A stretch of DNA of 32,000 nucleotides, taken from an archaeon. Lineage in GTDB: Archaea; Iainarchaeota; Iainarchaeia; Iainarchaeales; JANQMZ01. Location of the stretch: contig JANQMZ010000007.1 in NCBI GenBank assembly GCA_028279805.1, positions 480,001-512,000 on the forward strand, in the 5' to 3' direction. Shown piece by piece: positions 18,350-25,841 of this stretch (positions within the stretch are counted from its first letter, which is position 1; each line of letters begins with the position of its first letter). The translations under genes and the position numbers were made by a program. The notes below the pieces were generated by a model that did no database searches, had not been told where the DNA came from, and worked only from the letters and a program-made list of their open reading frames with translations.

Positions 18350-18829
18350 ATGGCTGAAGAAAAAAAGAAAAAAGAAACAAAACCGGAAGTAAAAAAAGTT
18401 AAATTAAGGAAACCTTCTCCCAAAAAAAAAGCAACAGGAATTCATGTTAAAGCAAAAAAGAAAACATCTTCAGCAAGAGCGGTTATTAAAACAGGCAAAG
18501 GCATTATCAAAATAAACAAAAAAAGTCTTGAAATAATAAAACCAAAATATGTTAAAATGCTGATAAAAGAACCTTTAAGCCTGGCAGGTTCTCTGACAAA
18601 AGAAGTTGACATTAATGTTAAAGTTAAAGGCTCAGGCTTTATGAGTCAGGCAGTGGCAACAAGAGGTGCAATAGCAAAAGCATTGGTTGAATACTCAGCA
18701 GATGAAGAATTAAAAAACAAAATGCTCCAGTATGACAGGCTTCTTTTAGTTGATGATATCAGAAGAAAAGAATCCAAAAAACAGCTTGGAAGAGGCGCCA
18801 GAGCCAAAAAACAAAGCAGTAAAAGGTAG
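18350..18829 (+). CDS. rps9: 30S ribosomal protein uS9 with a K-rich N-terminal extension
   Basis: GKKKTSSARAV.K.GKG.I.IN, G.GFMSQA.A.R.AIA.ALV, D.R.KE.KK.G..GAR...Q.SKR. AGGTGA SD. Confidence 0.94.
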   Translation: MAEEKKKKETKPEVKKVKLRKPSPKKKATGIHVKAKKKTSSARAVIKTGKGIIKINKKSLEIIKPKYVKMLIKEPLSLAGSLTKEVDINVKVKGSGFMSQAVATRGAIAKALVEYSADEELKNKMLQYDRLLLVDDIRRKESKKQLGRGARAKKQSSKR

Positions 18830-18840
18830 GTGAAAAAAAA

Positions 18841-19035
18841 ATGATTGTTCCAGTAAGATGTTTTTCATGTGGAAAAGTGATTGCAAACTATTTTGAAAAA
18901 TTTGAAAAAGCAGTAAAAGAAGGAAAAAAACCTGAAAAAGTTTTGGACGAACTTGGTTTGAACAGATATTGCTGCAGAAGAATGATTGCAAGCCACACAG
19001 ATTTAACTGATGAGGTTTTAAAATACAAAACTTAA
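18841..19035 (+). CDS. rpoN: DNA-directed RNA polymerase subunit N (Rpo10)
   Basis: MIVPVRCFSCGKVI...LGL.RYCCRRM...H.DL is the zinc-binding RpoN signature. Confidence 0.95.
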   Translation: MIVPVRCFSCGKVIANYFEKFEKAVKEGKKPEKVLDELGLNRYCCRRMIASHTDLTDEVLKYKT

Positions 19036-19052
19036 TTTAAGAGGTAAAAAAA

Positions 19053-19706
19053 ATGGCTGAAAAAACACTTGTTCCGACAAAACAATATTTGCAGACAGGT
19101 TCACACATTGGTGCAAGATTTAAAACAGGAGGAATGAAAAAATACATTTTCAAAAAAAGAAGAGACGGCTTAAATGTAATGGATGTTGAAACAATTGATA
19201 AAAAAATAAGAACAACTGCAAGTTTTTTATCACAATATGAACCTGAAAGCATTGTTGTTGTTTCGAAAAAACAATACGGCCAGGTTCCTGTTAAAAAGTT
19301 TGCAGAAGCAACAGGTGCACAAAAAATTTTAGGCAGGTTTATACCGGGAACTTTTACAAATCCTGAGGGAAAAAAATTTGTTGAACCCAAAGTATTGCTT
19401 GCAACTGACCCGGGTTCTGACTGGCAGGCAATAAAAGAAGCTGTAAAAATAAGAATTCCGGTTGTTGCATTGTGCAAAACAGATAATTCAACTAAAAATA
19501 TTGATATTGTTCTGCCAATAAACAATAATGGAAGGCAGAGTTTGGCTTTGGCTTACTGGCTTCTGGCAAGAGAATTTTTGAAAAGCAAAAAATTGATAAA
19601 AAAAGATTCAGATTTTAAAGAAAATGTTGAAAGCTTTGAATATCCTGTTCAAGGTGAAAAACAAAAAGAAAAAACATATCCGGAAAAAGCTGTAAAAACA
19701 GCTTAA
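19053..19706 (+). CDS. rps2: 30S ribosomal protein uS2
   Basis: YL..G.HIG........M..YIF..R.DGL.V.D...ID.KIR.A, DP..D.QA..EA....IPVVALCDT-like (ALCKTDN). Confidence 0.94.
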   Translation: MAEKTLVPTKQYLQTGSHIGARFKTGGMKKYIFKKRRDGLNVMDVETIDKKIRTTASFLSQYEPESIVVVSKKQYGQVPVKKFAEATGAQKILGRFIPGTFTNPEGKKFVEPKVLLATDPGSDWQAIKEAVKIRIPVVALCKTDNSTKNIDIVLPINNNGRQSLALAYWLLAREFLKSKKLIKKDSDFKENVESFEYPVQGEKQKEKTYPEKAVKTA

Positions 19707-19720
19707 AAAGGGCTTTTTGC
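19707..19720 (+). terminator. candidate oligo-T terminator after uS2 (AAAAAGGGCTTTTTGC)
   Basis: First T5 tract after the end of the 19-kb co-directional block. Archaeal termination typically uses oligo-T. Assignment is by position only. Confidence 0.3.
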
Positions 19721-19772
19721 ATTGTTTAAAAGACGAAACACGCGTAAAAACTAATTTAATAACTGAAAGGGG

Positions 19773-19785
19773 TAAATATAAATAT
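19773..19785 (+). promoter_or_regulatory. candidate TATA region (TAAATATAAATAT) for the TrmB-family gene
   Basis: A/T block about 50 nt upstream of ATG 19833. It is followed by an ACT-N8-AGT dyad at 19793-19806. Confidence 0.35.
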
Positions 19786-19832
19786 CAGGTTGACTCAATT
19801 ATTAGTATAGCGTTAATTGCGGGGCTTTTACA

Positions 19833-20567
19833 ATGAAAACTGACATTCACGAATTGCTTAAAAAACTTGATTTGACTGAATATGAATCAAAAACTCTTAA
19901 TACTTTATTTCAGTTAAAAGAAGAAAAAGCACCTGAAATAAGCAGAGATGCACAGGTTCCAAAAACAAGAGTTTATGATGTTTTGGATGGATTGGTTGCA
20001 AAAGGTTTGGTTATAGAAATTCAGGGGCGTCCTAAAAAGTACAGAATTGTTGAACCGTCAAAAGCTTTAACTATTTTAATGGAAAACAAAAAAGAAGAAA
20101 TGAAAAAGTTGCAGCAGCATGTTGAAGATTTGAAAGAGCAGGTTTCAAGCACTATTGACTTGGATGACGAAGAGGAAAAAGTTTTGAAAGTAAAAGACCA
20201 GAACGATTTTATGAGAATACTGGAACAGGAATTAAGAAATGCTAAAAATTCAGTAATAACTTTTACTGAAAAAACTGTAAAACACAATGCATTGAAAAGA
20301 GCTTTACAGGAAGCAAAGCAAAGAAATGTTCATGTTAAAATGCTGCATTCAAACAAGGATGATGATTTAAGCCATTATGAAAAACATGGTGTGGAAATAA
20401 AACATGTTGAACATGGTTTGGAAGCTTTTATTATTGATGATAAAAAACTGGTTCTTGCATTAAGTGATTTAAAAAAAGAAAAACCGGAATACCATTTTAC
20501 AATTTGGAACAAGTCACCAATGGTTCCGGCATTAGCTCATTATTTTGAGAAGCATTGGAATGAATAA
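19833..20567 (+). CDS. TrmB-family transcriptional regulator (N-terminal winged HTH plus C-terminal TrmB-type domain)
   Basis: LGLTEYESK-like LDLTEYESKTLNTLFQL...A.EIS..A.VP.TRVYDVLD.L..KGLV......RPKKY is the TrmB wHTH signature. A coiled-coil linker follows. Confidence 0.85.
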   Translation: MKTDIHELLKKLDLTEYESKTLNTLFQLKEEKAPEISRDAQVPKTRVYDVLDGLVAKGLVIEIQGRPKKYRIVEPSKALTILMENKKEEMKKLQQHVEDLKEQVSSTIDLDDEEEKVLKVKDQNDFMRILEQELRNAKNSVITFTEKTVKHNALKRALQEAKQRNVHVKMLHSNKDDDLSHYEKHGVEIKHVEHGLEAFIIDDKKLVLALSDLKKEKPEYHFTIWNKSPMVPALAHYFEKHWNE

Positions 20568-20574
20568 AAAGAAA

Positions 20575-20584
20575 CAAATTTATT
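20575..20584 (+). promoter_or_regulatory. candidate TATA element CAAATTTATT, centred about 26 nt upstream of the GluRS ATG (leaderless configuration)
   Basis: No SD lies before ATG 20606. The same 10-mer occurs at the same distance from the minus-strand gene start at 31612. Confidence 0.4.
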
Positions 20585-20605
20585 GAGCTTTAACCTATTT
20601 GTATC

Positions 20606-22264
20606 ATGTCAGAATTAAAAGAACAGGCATACAAGTATGCAATAAGAAACGCTTTTGCCCATAAAGGAAAAGCCGATTTGGGGGCAGTAATAGGCAAAAT
20701 AAAAGCACTTTTTCCTGACGTTGATTTAAAAACAGAAATGAATTTATTGCAGCAAATTGTAAAAGATGTTAATTCTAAAAATTTTGAAGAAATTGAAAAA
20801 GAGTTTAAAAAATTTGACAAAAAAGGATTTGAATTAACGGCAAAAGAGGAAAAAAAAGGTTTGCCTGAATTGGACTGGGCTTCCGGGGAAACTGTTGTAA
20901 CACGATTTGCTCCGAACCCAAACGGGCCTTTTCATCTGGGTAACGCAAGAGCAGCCGTTTTAAGCCATGAATTTGCACAAAAATATACGGGAAAATTTAT
21001 TTTAAGATTTGATGATACCGACCCAAAAGTAAAAAAACCGGTTGACAATGCTGAAGAACTTTTTAAAGAAGATTTGCACTGGTTGAACTGCAAAGAACAG
21101 GAAACATTTTTTGCAAGTGACAGATTGGATTTGTATTATGATTATATGAAAAAAGTTTTGGAAAAAAGAAAAGCATATGTTTGTTTCTGCAAACCAGATG
21201 AATGGAGAAAAAAAATTGCAAAATCAGAAGCATGTTCCTGCAGGGAAAAAAATGAAAAAGAACAATTAAAAGAATTTGAAAAAATGTTAAATAATGAATT
21301 AAAGGAAGGGGAAGCGGTTTTAAGAATTAAAACAGATTTAAAACACAAAGATCCCAGTGTGAGAGACTGGTGGGCTGCAAAAATTGTTAATAAACCGGAA
21401 CATCCTCGTGTTAAAAATAAATTTGTATGGCCGTCTTATAATTTTGCTTCCGCCATAGATGACCATGAAATGGGCATTACTCTGATTATTCGGGGGCAGG
21501 AACATGAACAGAACGGAACAAAACAAAAATTTTTATACGAATATTTTGACTGGAAATATCCTCACGAAATTTATATTGGAAGAATTAAACTGCAGGGAAC
21601 AGTTTTATCAACTTCAAAAATAAAAAAAGGCATTGAATCAGGAGAATATGCTGACTGGGATGATCCAAGGCTAGGAACAATTAAGGCTTTGAGAAGGCGT
21701 GGATTTGAAGCTGAAGCATTAAAACAGGCTTTGATTGAAACGGGCATTAGTTCAGTCGATTCAACAATTGAATGGAATCATTTAATTAATTTGAACAAAA
21801 AACTGATTGAAACAAAAAGTGAAAGAGTTTCTTTTATAAGCGATGCTGTAAGACTGGATGTTGAATTTGCTCCGGAAAAAAAAGTGCAAATTAATGGAAA
21901 AAATATTAATTTAAATCAGGGAACACAGCAATTTTATGTTGACAAAAAATCTTTTGAAAACATTAAAGAGGGAAAAACTGTCAGATTAAGGCAGGCTTAT
22001 AATGTCAGAATTAAACAAAAAGCTGATTTGCAGATTTTTGGAGAATTTTCAGGGGATACAAAAATTGAGCCGGTGATTGGCTGGATGCTTGAAACAATGC
22101 CTGTAGAATTATTAATGCCTGATGCTTCAAAAGAAATTGGTTATGCCGGCTCCGAGTTGCTGGATAAAAATGTCGGGGAATTAGTGTATTTGGACAGGCT
22201 TGGTTTTGCAAAAATTGAGCAAAAAAATGAAAAAATGGTTAAACTGATTTTTACACATAAATGA
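20606..22264 (+). CDS. gltX: glutamyl-tRNA synthetase, archaeal/eukaryotic type
   Basis: Class I Glx core: TRFAPNPNGPFHLGNARAA (HIGH), ILRFDDTDP, VLSTSK (KMSKS-like). The N-terminal helical domain carries HKGKADLGAVIGK. Confidence 0.92.
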   Translation: MSELKEQAYKYAIRNAFAHKGKADLGAVIGKIKALFPDVDLKTEMNLLQQIVKDVNSKNFEEIEKEFKKFDKKGFELTAKEEKKGLPELDWASGETVVTRFAPNPNGPFHLGNARAAVLSHEFAQKYTGKFILRFDDTDPKVKKPVDNAEELFKEDLHWLNCKEQETFFASDRLDLYYDYMKKVLEKRKAYVCFCKPDEWRKKIAKSEACSCREKNEKEQLKEFEKMLNNELKEGEAVLRIKTDLKHKDPSVRDWWAAKIVNKPEHPRVKNKFVWPSYNFASAIDDHEMGITLIIRGQEHEQNGTKQKFLYEYFDWKYPHEIYIGRIKLQGTVLSTSKIKKGIESGEYADWDDPRLGTIKALRRRGFEAEALKQALIETGISSVDSTIEWNHLINLNKKLIETKSERVSFISDAVRLDVEFAPEKKVQINGKNINLNQGTQQFYVDKKSFENIKEGKTVRLRQAYNVRIKQKADLQIFGEFSGDTKIEPVIGWMLETMPVELLMPDASKEIGYAGSELLDKNVGELVYLDRLGFAKIEQKNEKMVKLIFTHK

Positions 22265-22271
22265 ATTTTTT

Positions 22272-22302
22272 GCTTTTTAATTAGCTTTTTAAACCTTTTT
22301 AA
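22272..22302. repeat. three tandem copies of (G)CTTTTTAA in an 11-12-nt register
   Basis: GCTTTTTAA is at 22272-22280 and 22284-22292, and CTTTTTAA at 22295-22302, immediately after the GluRS stop. The same motif occurs in other spacers (663, 29442, 31676). Confidence 0.5.
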
Positions 22303-22307
22303 GGCAT

Positions 22308-22315
22308 TTTATATA
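22308..22315 (+). promoter_or_regulatory. candidate TATA box TTTATATA upstream of L7Ae
   Basis: Canonical archaeal TATA octamer 54 nt upstream of ATG 22369. Confidence 0.4.
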
Positions 22316-22333
22316 TTAATTCGGTTTTTTTCA

Positions 22334-22349
22334 CTGATTTTACCGATGA
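22334..22349 (+). promoter_or_regulatory. candidate K-loop (box D'-like CTGA, 7 nt, box C'-like GATGA) in the L7Ae 5' leader
   Basis: CTGA 22334-22337 and GATGA 22345-22349 can form tandem sheared G.A/A.G pairs plus U.U and G-C. The element lies 5 nt upstream of the AGGAGG SD (22355-22360). Confidence 0.35.
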
Positions 22350-22368
22350 CTTTTAGGAGGTATTTTTT

Positions 22369-22722
22369 ATGGAATTTGAGGTTCCGGAAGCGTTAAAAAA
22401 AGCACAACTTGACTTGGTTGAAAAAGTCAAAAAATCAAAAGGAAAAATTAAAATAGGAATAAATGAGGTAACCAAAGCTGCTGAAAGAGAAACAGCAAAA
22501 CTTGTCTTAATAGCAAAAGACACTGACCCTAAAGAAATTGTAATGCACATTCCTTTAATCTGCAAGGAAAAAAATATTCCGTTTTCTTTTGCTGATTCAA
22601 AAAAAGATTTGGGAAAATCCGCAGGAATACAGGTTGGAACAACTGCTATTGCAATAACAGAAGAAGGCGGAGTAAAAAAAGAAGTAGATGAACTGGCAAA
22701 AAAATTAAAAGAATTAAAATAA
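22369..22722 (+). CDS. rpl7ae: 50S ribosomal protein L7Ae (eL8 family, K-turn binding)
   Basis: KIKIGINEVTKAAERETAKLVLIAKDTDP.EIV.H.P..C.EK.IP......K..LG.A.G. Confidence 0.95.
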   Translation: MEFEVPEALKKAQLDLVEKVKKSKGKIKIGINEVTKAAERETAKLVLIAKDTDPKEIVMHIPLICKEKNIPFSFADSKKDLGKSAGIQVGTTAIAITEEGGVKKEVDELAKKLKELK

Positions 22723-22732
22723 AGGTGAAAAA

Positions 22733-22951
22733 ATGGCTGAAGAAGAAAAAGGTTTTCCGGCAGAAGTGCTGGAAGTAACCAAAAGAACAGGAGTTCACGG
22801 AGAAATATTACAGGCAATGCTGAGAATTTTAGACGGGCCTGACAAAGGCAGAATTAAAAGAAGAAACATTAAAGGCAATGTTCAAAAAGGAGATGTTGTC
22901 ATTCTGCTAAACACTGAAAGAGAAGTGGGAGAAATAAAAGGCAAAAGGTGA
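22733..22951 (+). CDS. rps28e: 30S ribosomal protein eS28
   Basis: PAEVLEV..RTG..GE..Q....IL.G.DKGR...RN.KG.V..GD...L..TEREV. Confidence 0.94.
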   Translation: MAEEEKGFPAEVLEVTKRTGVHGEILQAMLRILDGPDKGRIKRRNIKGNVQKGDVVILLNTEREVGEIKGKR

Positions 22952-22957
22952 AAAAAA

Positions 22958-23149
22958 ATGAAATGTTTTTTTTGCGGAATCGATGCAAGAGAAGGAACCG
23001 GAGTTCTGTACGTGACAAAAACAGGCAAAAAACATTTTTTTTGCTCTTCAAAATGTGAAAAAAATCAGTTAAAGCTTAAAAGAAAAGCCGGAAAGCAAAA
23101 ATGGACATTTGAACATCAGGAAATAAAAAAAGGAATTAAAAAGAGGTGA
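22958..23149 (+). CDS. rpl24e: 50S ribosomal protein eL24
   Basis: C.FCG......GTG...V...GK...FCSSKC.KN zinc-ribbon eL24 signature. Confidence 0.94.
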   Translation: MKCFFCGIDAREGTGVLYVTKTGKKHFFCSSKCEKNQLKLKRKAGKQKWTFEHQEIKKGIKKR

Positions 23150-23155
23150 AAAAAA

Positions 23156-23620
23156 ATGGAAAGAACTTTAATCATATTAAAGCCTGACGCGGTTAACAGA
23201 AGCCTTGTAGGAGACATTTTAGGCAGATTTGAAAAAAAAGGATTAAAAATTTCAGCAATGAAACTTGAACACTTGGAAAAACCAAAACTGGAAGAACATT
23301 ATTCTCATCACAAAGAAAGAGAATTTTTTCAGGAACTAATTGAATTTATGAGTTCAATTCCGTCAATTTTGGTTGTATTGGAAGGATATGAAGCTGTAAA
23401 AGTTGCAAGAAAACTTGTCGGAGCAACATCAGGAATTGACGCAGAACCGGGAACAATAAGAGGAGATTATTCACTAAGCAATCAAAACAATGTAATTCAC
23501 GCATCAGAATCAGCTGAAACAGCAGAAAATGAAATAAAACGCTTTTTCACAGAAAAAGAAATTTATTCATATGAAAAAATGGATTATGACCATTTGTATT
23601 CAAGCAAAGAAAAAAAATGA
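23156..23620 (+). CDS. ndk: nucleoside diphosphate kinase
   Basis: ERTLIILKPDAV.R.LVG.I..RFEKKGLKI.AMK and GTIRGDY.......N.IHAS(E)S with the catalytic His retained. Confidence 0.93.
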   Translation: MERTLIILKPDAVNRSLVGDILGRFEKKGLKISAMKLEHLEKPKLEEHYSHHKEREFFQELIEFMSSIPSILVVLEGYEAVKVARKLVGATSGIDAEPGTIRGDYSLSNQNNVIHASESAETAENEIKRFFTEKEIYSYEKMDYDHLYSSKEKK

Positions 23621-23630
23621 TTCAAAATGA
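23618..23630 (+). repeat. 13-nt direct repeat TGATTCAAAATGA, copy 1 (ndk stop / dut start)
   Basis: Identical to 24056-24068. Each copy consists of a stop codon, TTCAAA, and ATG plus A. Confidence 0.9.
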
Positions 23631-24058
23631 AAATAAAAATAAAAAAAATAAATGAAGATGCAAAAATGCCCAGATATGCGCATGAAGGAGATGCAGGCAT
23701 GGACATTTATTCATCTGAAAATACTGAAATAAAAAAAGGCGAGGTTAAACTTGTTGGAACAGGTTTAACAATGGAAATTCCACAGGGCTATGAAGCACAG
23801 GTTCGTCCAAAATCAGGCCTGGCTGCAAAGCACGGAATTACTTTGCTTAACACTCCGGGCACAATTGATTCAGGTTACAGAGGAGAATTAAAGGTTATAA
23901 TGGTAAACCATTCACAAAAACCATATGTTGTTGAAAAAGGTTCCAAAATTGCTCAAATAGTTTTTGCAGCAGTTGAAAAAGCAAACGTGGAAGAAGTAAA
24001 AGAATTGAATGAAAGTGTAAGAGGAGAAGGAGGCTTTGGCTCAACAGGGTTAAAGTGA
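23627..24058 (+). CDS. dut: dUTP diphosphatase, homotrimeric Dut type
   Basis: All five Dut motifs are present: DAGMDIY, RPKSGL, GTIDSGYRGE, KIAQIV and RGEGGFGSTG. Confidence 0.93.
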   Translation: MKIKIKKINEDAKMPRYAHEGDAGMDIYSSENTEIKKGEVKLVGTGLTMEIPQGYEAQVRPKSGLAAKHGITLLNTPGTIDSGYRGELKVIMVNHSQKPYVVEKGSKIAQIVFAAVEKANVEEVKELNESVRGEGGFGSTGLK

Positions 24059-24068
24059 TTCAAAATGA
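24056..24068 (+). repeat. 13-nt direct repeat TGATTCAAAATGA, copy 2 (dut stop / infB start)
   Basis: Identical to 23618-23630. Confidence 0.9.
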
Positions 24069-25828
24069 TTAGAAAACCAATTATTTCAGTGTTAGGTCAT
24101 GTCGACCACGGAAAAACAAAATTATTGGACAGAATAAGGGGAACCGCGATTGCTGAAAAAGAAGCCGGAGCAATAACACAGCATATTGGTGCGACAGAGG
24201 TTCCGACACAAATAATTCAAAAAAGAGCAGGAAATTTAATAGAAAAATTTGGATTTAAATTAATTGTTCCGGGTTTGCTGTTTATTGATACGCCTGGACA
24301 TGAAGCTTTTACAAATTTAAGAAAAAGAGGAGGCAACATTGCAGATTTAGGAGTTTTAGTTGTTGATGCAACACAGGGAATGCAAAAACAAACAATTGAA
24401 GCAATTGAAATTTTGAAAAATTCAAAAACACCTTTTATTGTTGCATTAAACAAAATTGACAAAATAAACGGATGGAATTCTGAGAATGATTCTTTTATTA
24501 AAAATAACAAAAAACAATTGCCGGCTGTAAAAAAAGCATTGGATGAAAAAGTTTACGAATTAGTCGGAGAATTACACAAGTATGGTTTTAATGCGGAAAG
24601 ATTTGACCGGTGCAAAAATTTTACAAAACAAATTCCGATTGTTCCAATTTCTGCAGTAACAGGGGAAGGCGTTGGGGAGGTGTTGGTTTTGCTTATAGGA
24701 TTAAGCCAAAAATTTTTGAAAGACAACCTTGAAATAGACCAAAAAGAGAGAGCAATGGGAACAATTCTGGAAGTGGGAGAAGAGAAAGGATTGGGCACAA
24801 CAGTTGATGTAATATTATATGAAGGATTGTTAAATTTGGGAGCAGAAATTGTGGTAGGGGGAAAAAACGGCGCAATTGAAACAAAAATACGTTCAATGCT
24901 GGTTCCCGCACCATTGGAAGATATTGGAGATTCTTCTAAAAAATTTAAACCGGTGCAGCAGGTTTCAGCAGCAGCAGGGGTAAAAATAGTAGCACCAAAA
25001 CTGGAAGATTCACTGGCAGGAGCACCATTGCTTGTTGTAAACACAGGAAAAGAAAAAGAACAAATTGAAAAAGAAATTGAAAGCATTAAAATTGACAGTT
25101 CAAAAACGGGAATTATTCTGAAAACGGACACACTTGGCTCACTGGAAGCACTGGTTGGAATGCTTGAAGCTGAAAAAATTACAGTCAGAAAAGCAGATGT
25201 CGGAAATGTGACAAAAAAAGATGTAATGGAAGCATTAACAGTAAAAGAAAAAAATCCGCTGATGGGAACAATTTTTTCATTTAACACGGGAATAGAAGAA
25301 GGAGCAAAAGAAGAGGCAAAAAAAAGAGAAATTAAAATGTTCAAAGGAAATGTTGTTTACTCTTTAGTTGAAGAATACCAAAAATGGGTTGAAGAACAAA
25401 AAAACAAAACAAAAGAAAAAGGATTAAAAGAATTGGTTTACCCTTTCAAGTTTCAGACAATGAAAGGATTTGTTTTCAGAAATTCCAATCCGGCGGTTAT
25501 AGGTTCAAAAATTTTAGAAGGAAAAGTAAAACAAGGAGTAAGTGTTTTAAACAATGGAAAAAAAATAGGAACAATTAAAGGAATCGAAGATAAAGGCAAA
25601 AAAATTGAAATTGCGGAAAAAGACAAGGAAGTGGCCATATCAATCTCAGGAGCAGTAATTGGAAGAAACCTGAAAGAAGGGGACACGATTTATTCTTATA
25701 TTCCGGAAAAACAATTTGAAAAAATAGAAAAAGTTTTTGAATTAAACAAAGATGAAGAAATATTGTTAGAAGAAATAAAAAAAGAACAAAAAAAAGAAAA
25801 AGAAGAAGAGGTTTCCGTTTCCGGTTAG
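24065..25828 (+). CDS. infB: translation initiation factor aIF5B (IF-2)
   Basis: RKPIISVLGHVDHGKTKLLD.IRGT, FIDTPGHEAF and ALNKID GTPase motifs. 587 aa. Canonical position after ndk. Confidence 0.95.
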   Translation: MIRKPIISVLGHVDHGKTKLLDRIRGTAIAEKEAGAITQHIGATEVPTQIIQKRAGNLIEKFGFKLIVPGLLFIDTPGHEAFTNLRKRGGNIADLGVLVVDATQGMQKQTIEAIEILKNSKTPFIVALNKIDKINGWNSENDSFIKNNKKQLPAVKKALDEKVYELVGELHKYGFNAERFDRCKNFTKQIPIVPISAVTGEGVGEVLVLLIGLSQKFLKDNLEIDQKERAMGTILEVGEEKGLGTTVDVILYEGLLNLGAEIVVGGKNGAIETKIRSMLVPAPLEDIGDSSKKFKPVQQVSAAAGVKIVAPKLEDSLAGAPLLVVNTGKEKEQIEKEIESIKIDSSKTGIILKTDTLGSLEALVGMLEAEKITVRKADVGNVTKKDVMEALTVKEKNPLMGTIFSFNTGIEEGAKEEAKKREIKMFKGNVVYSLVEEYQKWVEEQKNKTKEKGLKELVYPFKFQTMKGFVFRNSNPAVIGSKILEGKVKQGVSVLNNGKKIGTIKGIEDKGKKIEIAEKDKEVAISISGAVIGRNLKEGDTIYSYIPEKQFEKIEKVFELNKDEEILLEEIKKEQKKEKEEEVSVSG

Positions 25829-25841
25829 GAGGTAAAAAAAA

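Noticed and set aside
20606-20870. N-terminal helical domain of GluRS of about 85 aa with HKGKADLGAVIGK, resembling the GatB/YqeY tail, considered as a novel appended domain.
   Set aside because: As far as I recall, archaeal GluRS proteins generally carry an N-terminal region with this kind of motif ahead of the catalytic core. It is therefore probably the normal architecture rather than a novelty. An alignment would be needed to say more.
24553-25344. Long antisense ORFs. The 263-aa example is given here. Others are 25766-26398, 26821-27477, 9089-9652, 6651-7265, 19037-19525, 22353-22817, 15930-16358 and 8604-9104, all on the minus strand.
   Set aside because: All lie fully inside well-supported plus-strand genes. 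Their translations are F/S/L-rich mirror images of K/E-rich sense codons (AAA/GAA read as TTT/TTC), and none has a recognisable motif. They are shadow ORFs caused by AT-rich, stop-poor antisense frames.
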